Below, one piece after another: positions 44,131 through 56,100 of a stretch of DNA of 64,000 bases (position 1 is its first letter; each line of letters starts with the position of its first letter). The translations under genes were made by a program, and so were the position numbers. Origin of the DNA: a virus (lineage: Duplodnaviria; Caudoviricetes); IMG/VR virus record IMGVR_UViG_3300037313_000574, positions 8,291-72,290 of that record. The stretch is one strand, 5' to 3'. A model generated the notes under the pieces. The model saw only the letters and a list, made by a program, of their open reading frames with translations. It did not search any database and was not told where the DNA came from.

Positions 44131-47100
44131 ATGGCAACAAAGAAGCCCCAGCCGCAATACCTGCAAAACGAAGAAGCGCAGCCGAATTGGGATGCGGGCG
44201 AAGATTTCCTAAAAAATCTTGAAGCCAATGGCAATCAGGACAAGCCGCAGGAAGGCGCGGGCATCTTGCGCACTGCGGGCGACATGGCCATCAAGGGCGC
44301 GCAGGGCGTGGTCGGGCTGGGCCAGTCAGCAGTGGGCCTGGGAAGCCTGGCGACGGGGGGGCTGGTTGGCGAAGGCATGCGCGCTATTGGCTATGATCCC
44401 AAGCGCACGAACGACATGCTGGGCGAATATCTCAGCGATGCGCAAAAGGCTTCCGATGCTGCAGTACAAAAGGAAGATACGTTCCTCGGCGCGGTCGGCG
44501 CTGCCGTAGCCAATCCGCGCGCCATAGTCGGCAGCGTCGTGCAATCCCTGCCGGCCATGATCGCCGGCATGGGCGCGGCCGGCGCGGCAGCACGCGCGAT
44601 TGGTGCCAGGGCGGCGGCGGCTTATGGTGGCATGGGCACGGAAGCCGGCGCAGTGGCGGCCAAGGCAGCGATCGAGCAAGCCAGCGGCAAACTGCTGGCG
44701 ACCAGTGCAGGTATCGAGGGCGCGCAGACAGCCGGGCAGATTGCCGATGATGCGCAGGCAGCCGGACGCGCCTATAGCGATTATGCGCCGGCGGCGCTGG
44801 CGGCCGGCGCCGGCACGGCTGCAATCGGCTTCGGGGCGGGCAAGCTGGTGGGCGACGCCGCAACGGATATCGCCACCGGCGCGCATACGCTCAAGGGCAG
44901 CAAACTTGCCAAAATCGGCAAGGAGTTTCTGAGCGAGGGCGCGCTGGAGGAAATGCCGCAGTCGGCGCAGGAACAATACTTTACCAATATCGCCAATGGC
45001 GAAGCGGACCCGATGAAGGGCGTGGCCAATGCTGCCGGCATGGGCTTGGTCACTGGCGGCGTCATGGGCGCTGGCATGGGCGCGCTGCATGGGCACCCGC
45101 AACCGGAATCGCAGCCGGTGCCGCTGGCCGATACTGGCCCCCTCTCCCGCGCCGCCAATGCCGTCGCTGCCGCACAGGCAGCCGCGCAAGCCGCGCGCAC
45201 TGGCCCCATCGATTACCAGCGCTATGACCCGCCCATGCTGCAGCCGCAGCAGCAATCACAGGAACTGGCATTACAAACGCCGGCCGAGAATGGCATTGAT
45301 TTCGAGCCGCAGCCGGACGCCCGCGGCGCGCTGGCCCGCCAGCCGATCCCGGAACTACGCGAAGCCACGATTACCACGGAAGCGCCGGCCGGCTATGACA
45401 ATGGCGTCGATTTCCTGTCGTCCAACAGCGAAGAACCGGCACTGCCGCGCGACGCCGCCAGCGTCGAGGCGCAGACCTTCAAGAGCAAGGGCTTGGCGAA
45501 AATCGCCATGAACCAGAGCAAAACGACCGAATCGCATGAAGTCGTGCCGGCCGATGACGGCAATGGTTTCGTCGTGCGGCCGAAATTCGCCGCCGCGCCG
45601 GACCAGGGCATTGCTGGCGCCGGTACCAAGATCCTGCGCGATGGCTTGGCCGCCATTTCGACGCTGTACCAGGAAGGTGCGGCCGACAAACAGCACGCCG
45701 ACGAGGCGCAAGCCATCCTGGCAGGGCTGGATGACAATTCGATCAGCGTCAACGAGGCGCAAGCGCGTTTCGATGCCATTTACGACGAGATCAATACGCC
45801 GGCGGCAGTGCCGGGCGAAGACGACTTGCTCACGGCAACACCAGACGAAACGCCGGCACTAACCGAGGCGACGCCAGACGCGCCCAGCGTTGACGAAATA
45901 GATCTCGAAGAGACGCGCATCGGCCTGGAGGTTGACCAGGCGGATCTGGAGGCGCTGGGCGAAGCACTTGCCAACGACATGGACCCGGCCACCGGCAAGA
46001 AAATCGCTTCGCAAGGCATCCGCGACCAGTACCAAAGCGAGTATGAAAACCTGCAAGCCTCCGTTGCCGCCGCAACCGAGTACCTGCGCCAGAAGAATGC
46101 GTTGATTGCACCGCCACCGGCCCCGCGTGCGGATGCCGCGCCTGCCACGATCGACCCGATTGCCGAGGCTGCCAACGAAGCCGCCACCTCCCCGCTGAAT
46201 GATCTCCCCGAGCCGACGCAGGCACAGAAGGAGGCCGGCAACTACAAGAAGGCCCATGTGCGCGTGCATGGCCTGGATATCACCATTGAAAACCCGGTCG
46301 GCTCCTTCCGCCGCGGTGTCGACAAGGACGGCACGCCGTGGGAAACCGAGATGCAGCACCACTATGGCTACATCAAGGGCACGGTGGGGATGGACAAGGA
46401 CCATATCGATGTTTTCATTGGCCCGAACCATGAAAGCAACAAGGTTTTTATCGTCGACCAGATCGACCCGAGCACCGGCAAGCCGGATGAACACAAGGTC
46501 ATGCTCGGTTTTGACAGCATGGAGCAGGCGCGCGCCGCCTACCAGGCAAATTACGCCGATGACTGGACCGGCGGCAAGGCCATCACTGAAACCACCGTGC
46601 AGGGCTTCAAGGATTGGCTGGAGAACGGCAATACCAAGAAGCCGTTTGCCCAGCAGGCCAAGAAATACCCGCCAGCAGCACAAGTAGAACCTCAGGAGAT
46701 TACCACCAATGCTACCCAACCTGAACAAGTGGCTGAAAAAGCGCAAGAAGCGGCAGGAACGCAAGCTGCGCAGGAAGATGCGCCGGTAGCAGCCGTACCG
46801 GCAGCCGAACCAGTCCTGTCCAAGCAAGACTTGAACAAGTTGACAGTCAAGGACATGACGGATGCCCAGTTGCTGCAGGCCCGCGACGTGTTCGACGGCG
46901 GCCCGCGCGCGCCGAAGATCGAGAAGGAAATCAAGAAGCGCGGGCTGGATGCCGCCCCTGAGGCCGCGCCAGCAGCACCGGCACAAGAAGGGAACGCGAA
47001 TAATCCTGGCACTGGCAATGCCAAAGCCGCGCCGGGGGAAAAGCCAACCATCGAAACGGCGATGCAAGAAGGTAGCGAATTGCGCGCCGTGATGGAAAAG

Positions 47101-50100
47101 GATACCTATGCCTTGCCGCTGATTATTCGGCACCCGCTTGAGGCTGACGCGCAAGGCGTCATCATTGGCGCAAAAACCAGTACCGATCGCGTCGTAGAAG
47201 AAGGCGGCGATGAATACAAGGAGCTATATGACGGCTTCAACAATACCCGCGATTATTTGCGCAATACATTTGGCGACACGGTAACGCTGTACCGCGCCGA
47301 CGCCACCCAGGATGAGAAGCGGGTAGAGAACAAGCCGACCCTGTATTTCGGAACCAAGAAGGTTGCATCCAACTTTGAGAGCAAGGGCCGTAAGGTCAAG
47401 GCTTACGATATAAAAGTGGATGACATCATTGCGGCGCCGCTGTTCCACAATGGCTATTTTGATTTTGTGGTGCGCAATCCTGAGTATGTCGAAAAAGGCC
47501 AGGATAAAGGCCCGCAGCGCGCCACCACAATGGACGAAGCCAAGGCCGCCGTGCGCGCCTACTTCGATTGGTACTTGCGCGAAAGCCCCAACGCCAAGGA
47601 GCCGATGCCTGGCATCCATGGCGGGAATGCCTTCACGATGGACGCCGGCGGCGCACCCTTCACCAAGGCTGGGGAAATCCTGGTCAATGGTCCGACTGGC
47701 GATTTGAAGTTCAAGTATGCCGATTTGTGGAAGGAGGCCAAGGAGGCCGCCAAGCCGGCGCCCCGTGGCGTACTGGTCAAGCCGGCCGAGAGCAAAGGTG
47801 AGACTTTGCAGGAACCGGCACCGGCGAAGAAGAAGCCGACCGCCAAGCAAAAGCAAGCCGCCGCAGAAGAAGCCATGCGCAAGATGCTGGGCGCTGAAGT
47901 TGGTGACACGATCACCATGACTTTCAAAGGCAGTTTCGGCTACCTGACCAGCGGCAAGCCTATGGTCATTGAAAGCATTAATAGCGACAAGAGCATTTAT
48001 TTCCGTGATCCAGTCAACGGTTCTGGCACGTTTGAATCGCTGTCGTCGATGCAGGCCGCAGCCAGGAATTCATTCGTCAAATTGACTTGGGAAGTTCAGC
48101 CAAAGGCCGAGTCGAAGCTGGCACCGGCTGAATCAGCGCCGGCACCAACAGCCGCGCCCGTCGACACCCGTCCCACCCTGGCCGACGAAGCCGCCAAGGC
48201 TAAGGCGCAAGCCGACCTGATGGACGGCCTTGCCGATCTGGCCAATATCTTCGGCAAGAATGCCAAGCTCAACATCACCCCCGAGCAAGAGCAAAAGCTC
48301 TTGCCGGTCTTGACCAAAGTGATGGATGCCGCCTTCCGACTGGGCTATTATCAATTTAAGGATGCCGCGCGCTTCGTGCTGACCACGATCCGCGAGAAAA
48401 TCGGCGCCGACGTGGCCGAGCAAATCACCCTGGACCATGTACAGGGTGCCTATATCGGCATGGCCGGCAAGTACAAGGACCAAGGCGCGTCGACCAAGAA
48501 GGAGGTCATTGGCGTGGAAAGCCTGGTCGAATTGGCCGATGTTGCTGAAAATCAAGATGACAATTCCGCCGAACCGTATAAACTGGAAGAAACAACCCCG
48601 CAAGAGGAAGCCGATAATGATTCCACCGCTTCAACCGATTCGCCTCCGGTCGATTTCGACTTGGTTGCGGAACAACGCCCCGAAGGCAGCGCTGCACCCG
48701 TCCGAGGAGCTAAACCGCCGCGCGCTCGATCTGGACGAGCAAATGATCGAAGCGTTCGAGGACCGCGAGGACGCGCTGAAAAATCAAATGATGGCCAACT
48801 CGACTTGGGGGACGGAGCAGGGAATAACCCAGTTTCCGCTGGACAGAATGACGCTGTGGCAGGAAGTGTGCAGCGAGTTTCTGCCGACTTCCGCCCTGCA
48901 ATCGGAGGACTGACGCGCGAAGGTTCCTGGTTCGATACGGCTGGACGCAATATCGACCTGATTGAATTGGCGATCACCATTGAAAAAGAAGGTCGCGCCG
49001 CCACCCCGGAAGAACAAGCCAAGCTGTCGAAATACGTAGGTTTTGGCGCCTCCGCCATCCGTAACCCGCTATTTCCTATCCCGCCGTCTTACGCCAAGCA
49101 GCAAGACCCGAACCGCCTGATCTGGCCGCAGTATGTCGAACCGCGCTGGAAGCCATTGGCCGAACGGCTGGATGCCTTGCCGCGCGAGTGGCAGAAATCC
49201 ATCCTGCAATCGTCCCAGTACGCCCATTACACCAGTGAAGGCATGATCCGCTCGATTTGGTCGGCCATGCAGCGCCTTGGCTTCACCGGCGGCAAGATCA
49301 TGGAACCGGGCATGGGGATTGGCTCGTTCTCGATGCTGATGCCGGACGCTGTGCGACTGGGCTCGACCTATACCGGGATTGAGTTCGATGGCCCGACCGC
49401 CTTGATTGCTAAGTTGCTCTCCCCGGACCAGAACATGATCCATGGCGACTTCATCAAGCGCAAATTGCCGCGCGATTTCTTTGATGCTGCCATCGGCAAC
49501 CCGCCGTTCTCGCAAACCAAAGTCTTGGCGGACCCGGATTACGAAAAGCATGGCTTCATGCTGCATGATTTCTTCTTTGCTAAATCCATCGATCGCGTGC
49601 GCCCTGGCGGCCTGCTGGCCTTTGTGACCAGCAAGGGAACGATGGACAAGCAAGCCGACAAGGCCCGCAAGTACCTGGCCGAGCGCGCCGACCTGATCGG
49701 CGCCATCCGCCTGCCATCGACCGCCTTTGAAGATAATGCCGGTACCAGCGTGGTTACGGATGTGATTTTCTTGCGCAAGCGCGCACCGGGCGCCGCGCCG
49801 GCGGGCGCAGCCTGGCAGAACGTGGCGGCCGTGGAAACCAAGGATGGCCCGGCCGTCATCAATGAGTATTTCGCCGCGCACCCCGAGATGGTGCTGGGCC
49901 AAAACCGGATTTCCGGCAACGTCGATGACGAGGGCCGCCGCATCAATAGCAACGGCATGGGCGGCGAGAAATATACCGTTGTGTCGTATGACAAGACGCC
50001 GGCCGAGCTGGAAGCCAAATTCGCCGCGGCGATCGAGCGCTTGCCGGAAAACGTCTATTCCGTCATGAATATGAGCCCTGAGGCCATCAAGGCGGAAACC

Positions 50101-53100
50101 GCCAAGGTGGACTTTGACCCGCGTATCAAGCGCGATGGCGTGGTCTATGTGGGCGACGATGGCACGCTGATGCGCGTCGAGCATGGCGTCGGCAAGCCGC
50201 TGGGCGACTCCGTGAAATTCACGGAAAAAGACCACCAGTGGATGAAAAGCTATGTCGGCTTGCGCGACCTGGTGCAAGCCGCACGCGCGACGCAGGCGCA
50301 GGACGGCGATTGGGAAAAGCCGCTCAAGGCACTCAACAAGGCTTACGACAAGTTCCGCAAGGAGCATGGTCCGATCAATGCCTTCCGCACGCAGGTCCGC
50401 AAATCCACCGATGAAGATGGCAACCCGGTGGAAACTGAAATTCGCATCTTCACCAACCGGCGCCGCTTCCGCGAGGATTACGACGCTGCCATCGTGACCC
50501 AACTGGAAACCATCAACGAAGCCGGCGAAGTCGTCAAGGCGCCGTTCCTGTTGGGCCGCACCATCGGCAAGCCCGTTACTCGCACCATCCAAAGCATTGG
50601 CGACGCCCTGGCTGTGTCGCTGGACGCACTGGGCAAGCTCAATCTTGCCGATGTGGCCAAGCGCATCAACCTGTCGGAAGAAGAAGCGATCGCCGCACTG
50701 GGCGACCAGGTATATAAAACTCCATCCGGGCAATGGCAATTGTCGGATGAATACCTGTCCGGCGATGTGGTCACGAAGCTGGAAGAAGCCGAGGAAGCCG
50801 CGCGCCTGGACCCGAGCTTGAAGCGCAACGTCGAAGCCCTGAAGAAGGCCCAGCCGGAAAAGCTGGGGCCGTCGCAGATTTCCGTCAAGCTGGGCGCTTC
50901 CTGGATTCCGGCCGAGCATGTCAACGCCTTTGCCAAGGAAATCGAAGCAGGCGCCGTGACGTTCGACTCGAAAACGGAGACTTGGCAAGTAGCTGGCGGC
51001 AATGAGCGTTCCGGCCGCCGCGCTGGCGCCGAATACGGCACTGCCGCCCGCTCTCCTTCGGAATTGCTGGAGGCGGCCTTGAATAGCCGCAGTGTCAAGG
51101 TCACGACTAAAGACGCCGACAAGAAAACGGTCGTGGATACCGAAGCCACCACCGCCGCCAATGAAGCCTTAAAGAAGATCAAGGATAAGTTCAAGGGCTG
51201 GGTATGGACCGATTCGAGCCGCGCCGCCGAACTGGTGGAAAGCTACAACAAGCGTTACAACAATATCGCACCGCGCCTGTTTGATGGCTCGCACCTGACA
51301 CTGCCTGGCGTGTCGCTGCGCTTCAAGCTCCACCCGCACCAGTTGCGCGCGATCTGGCGCGTCATCCAGACAGGCAACACTTATCTGGCGCATGCTGTCG
51401 GCGCCGGCAAGACGATTGAAATGATCGCCGCCGGCATGGAGCAAAAGCGCTTGGGACTGATCAAAAAGCCCATGTACGTGGTGCCGAACCACATGCTGGA
51501 GCAATTTTCCAACGAGTTCATGGAGCTCTACCCGCTGGCCAATATCATGGTGGCGGACGATGAAAACTTTTCGCCGGAGCGCCGCCGCGCCTTTATCGCC
51601 TCGGCTACGCTGAACAACCCGGACGCCATCATCATCACGCACGATGCCTTCCAGCGTATCGGCGTCAAGGAAGAATCGATCGCGCCGATCCGCGACGAGA
51701 TCCTGTCCGACCTGGAGATTGAGCTGGAAAGCATGGCCAAGGACTCGGGTGCCCGCGTGCGCCGGGGCCAGTTGGAGCAGCAAATCGAGGCCGTGACACA
51801 GCGTTTCGACCGCATCATCGCGGCCGGCGGCAAGGATTCCACCATCAAGTTTGAGGATATCGGGGCCGACTTCATCTTTGCCGATGAGGCGCATGTATAC
51901 CGCAAGCTGGACTTCCATACCGCCCAGCAGATCAAGGGCATCGACCCGAACGGCTCCAAGCGGGCGCTCGATATGTACGTCAAGACCCGCTACCTGGAAA
52001 AGCAGCGGCCGGGCCGCTCGATGGGCTTTGCCTCGGGTACGCCCGTCACCAATACCATGGGCGAGTTGTACACCATCATGCGTTTCTTTGCCGCTGACGA
52101 GCTCGACCGCGCCGGTATTTCCAGCTTTGATGCCTGGGCGCGCATGTTTGGCGAAGTCGTGCCGGCACTGGAGCCAAACGCCGCCGGCAAGTACGAGATT
52201 GTCGAGCGCTTCGCCCGCTTCGATAACGTGCCGGAATTGATGAGCCGCGTGCGGCAATTCATGGATGTGCTGACCTCGGAACACTTGGGCGCACTGGTCA
52301 AGCGCCCGGATCTGAAGGGCGGTAAGCCGAGCCTGAATATCGTGGCGCCGACTGCCGCGCTGGACGCCTACATGAAGGGCGAACTGGCACGCCGCATCGA
52401 GGCTTCCAAAAAGTGGAAGCCGAGTAAGGATGAACCGAGCAACCCGGACCCGATTGTGGCCATCATCACCGATGGGCGCTTTGCCGCGATCGATCCGCGC
52501 TTCTTTGGCGGTGACTTGGAAGAAGGCGACACGTCTATCATCCATGAAATGGCCGACAAGGTAGCGGCGGAATACCACGCCACGGCCGATAACGTCTATC
52601 TCGACAAGCAGCAGAAGCCGGAACCGATCAAGGGCGGCACTCAGATCGTATTCTATAACCTCGGCTTTGGCGCTGCCTCGCAAGCCAACCGGGGATTCAA
52701 TGCCCGCGCCGCCTTCACCAAGCGATTAACCGATGGCGGCGTCAAGCGCAGCGAAATCGCCTGGTTTGACGATGCCAACACCGACGCCAAGAAGGAAGCA
52801 ATCTTCAAGGCCATGCGCGCCGGCCAGATCCGCGTCTTGATTGGTTCGGCCAAGAAGATGGGCACCGGCGTCAACGTGCAAAAGCGCCTGACCAAGCTGC
52901 ATTACCAAGATCCGCCCTGGTTCCCGGCCGATGTGGAGCAGCCGCACGGCCGCATCATCCGACAGGGCAACCAAAATGGCGAAGTGGGAATCGACTGGTA
53001 CACCACCAAGGGCACCTATCAATCAACCATGTGGCAGATGGTGGCGCGCAAGCAGCGCTTTATCGACCAGGCTTTCACCGGCGATAAGAACATGCGCTCG

Positions 53101-56100
53101 ATGGATGACATGGGCGAAGCCTCGCTATTCGAGCAAGCCGCCGCCGTGGCCTCGGGCGATCCGCGCGCCATCCAGCTGGCCGGCTTGAAACAGGATGTGG
53201 AGCGCTTCGAGCGCCTGCAAGCCGCGCACGCCAATGAGCAAATCGCCGTGCGCAGTGCCTTAAAGAGCGCCGAATGGCAAAAACAGGATACCACTTCTAA
53301 CATTGCCGCCCTGACCAAAGCCTATCAAGCCATCGGCGAAAAGTATTTTGCCTTCACCGCCGGCACGGTCGACGGCCGCGCCTATGACAAGGTGGGCGAG
53401 TTTGGCCAAGCCTTGAAAGATGCATTCAACAAGATCGCCAAGGAAGCCAAGGAATTTGCGCCAGCCGGCAATGACCGCGAAATCGGCAAGATTGGCGACA
53501 AGATCACCATTCGCATGGTCGGCACCTTGGACAGCAAGGAAAAGCCGACCGGCAAGTTCAAGATTTACCTGTCCGTGGGCGGTATGAACTTGGACAGCCT
53601 GGTCTACAGCGATGTGCTGGGCGAGGAAGTGGATGCCGTGGGCCTGGGCCGGCGCGTGGGCAACCAGTTGAATGGCATCGAGCCAGAATTGAACAAGTCC
53701 AAGCGCAGCCTGACGCAAGCCGAAACCGATATCGTGCGCCTGACCAAGAAGATGGGCGCGCCGTTCGAGTATCAGCAAGAAATGCTGGACAAGTATGGGG
53801 AATTGAAGCGCCTGGAAGAAGAATTGCGGCAAGAAGGCTTGGCCGCTGCCCAGCAAGCCGCCGCGCAGCCGGAAGCGCCCGCCGTTATCAATGCGGACGG
53901 TGCCGCGCCAGGCGAAGCGGCGCAGGATGGCGACGTGCTGGCCTATTCCCGCGGCCCCAGCCCCGCCGCCGGCATGACACTGGAAGCCGCGCAAGCCGAA
54001 GTGGACCGCCTGAAAGCCGGCTGGGAGAATGCCCCGCGCATTACGGTGGTAGAGTCGGTTTCCAGCTTGCGCACCCTTCTGGCAGACCCGAACATTAAGG
54101 CGGATGCGCGCGGCATCTACTTGGACGGCCGTATCTGGATTGTGGCCGAAAACAACGGCTCGCCGCTGGACATGCAGACGACGCTATTCCATGAAGTCCA
54201 TGGTCACGCTGGCTTGAGCGGGCTGTTTGGTGACGACTTGCGCAACCAGTTAATTGCGCTGTCCATGAAAAACGAGAATATCCGCGCGGCGGCTGCCCAG
54301 TGGCGCGCGGCCAATCAGGATATCCGCGATAACCTCGACGATGCAGCCTGGCTGTCGCTCTCGATCGAGGAGGCGCTGGCGGACATGGCAGGCGAAGGCC
54401 GTCAGCTCAATGGCTTTGCCAAGTTCATGAACGCGCTCCAGTCAGCCCTGCGTGCGATCGGCTTCACGGAATTTGCCAACTGGCTGGGGAAACGCACCGA
54501 TGCCGAGGCGCTGGCGATGCTTGCCAATGCCCGCCAATTCATCGAGCGCGGCGACCAGGCGCATGTATTCAGTGCGCAGGAGGCGCAGGAGTATGCCAAT
54601 CCCGCAGACAAGATCAACAGCGCTGCATTCCGCAAGTGGTTTGGCGACTCTAAGGTGGTGGATGCCGATGGCAAGCCGCTTGTTGTATATCACGGTACGA
54701 CCAGAGATTTCTCGCAGTTCGACCCGGAACGCGCTGAAACCGACTTCGGCTCATTCTTCACTGATCAAGCTGATCACGCACAGGAGTACAGCCAAGGCAA
54801 CGGCGGGAACATGATGCCAGTATATTTGAGCATCAAAAATCCGTATGAAGTGACGAGCAGCCAATGGGCGTTAGCAGAAGGGTTATCACCAGAGCAAGCG
54901 CGTGATGCCGGGTATGACGGGTACAAAATAACCAGTCTGAATGGTAGCGCAGAGACTACTTGGGTCGCTTTCAGGCCGGAGCAAATTAAATCCGCCATCA
55001 GTAACAACGGCGATTTTGATCCTGCCAACCAGGATATCCGCTATTCCACCATCGGCAGCAAGGGTGCAGGCGCACAAATGGCGCTGGATTTTGCCGCCAG
55101 CGACAACATCCTGGAAGAACTGTCGCGGCACGATGAACTGTTCCGGCTGCCGAAATCCAACAAGGATACCGTCGCCGGCATCGCTGCCGATAACGATACT
55201 GGCATCACCGTGCGGGAATTCTTCAATATTCCCGGCGAGACGCGCTACAACTTCACCACACCGGACGGACAAGTGGCGCGCATGACCGTGCGCAAGTTCA
55301 ATCCGCGCGCCAATCAACTCTACAGCTTTGATCTGGTCGATGGCGAAATGGTTGGCCAGGTCGATGAGCGCCCCGGCCGCAATGCCGAGGAAGTCGAAGG
55401 CAAGGATGACCTGTGGCTGGATGTTTCCGGACTCAAGCCGGGTTCAGGGTACGGCGCCAAAATCTACAACATCGCCGCCACCTACGCGCACAATACCGGC
55501 AAGGTATTCATCGGCGACCCGGCCGGTCTGTCGGACGATGCGATGCGGCGCCGGCCGGAGCAAATGCTGTCGTCTGCCCTGAAGTTCGGCACTACCGAGC
55601 ACTTGGCCCCGCACCCCTGGCAAGTCGCCGGCGATCCGAAGATTGGCGTTCCGCGCCTGGATTGGGTGTATGGTGACCACATCGGCAATATCCAAAAACT
55701 CATCAAGTTGAATCAAGCTATCATCGAAAATGCTGGTGGTAATGGAAATATTGCCTATAATGCAGAAAAAGGACAATTTGAAGACGTCGATGGAAACCCT
55801 CTCTCCCGAGCAGATATTAGCGAAATGGCAGAGCTTGGCCTGGGCCGAGCGGCAGGCGCTGGTGGCGCAACACTTGCGCGACACGCACTATTCCAATCCC
55901 TGCTACAAGGCGAAGGCGGACGCGGACGAGAAGGTGTCGGGCGATCCCATGACGTACTGGAATCTCTTGGCCAGCAGTTGCGCAACCATGATTCCACCCG
56001 ACTGGATAGCCCACTGCGGCGCATCCTATACTCCCGCGGAAATCTACGCAGCAGAGAAGAAAGCGGCGTAAGCGGCGCGCTAAACGGCTTCAAGAATAGC

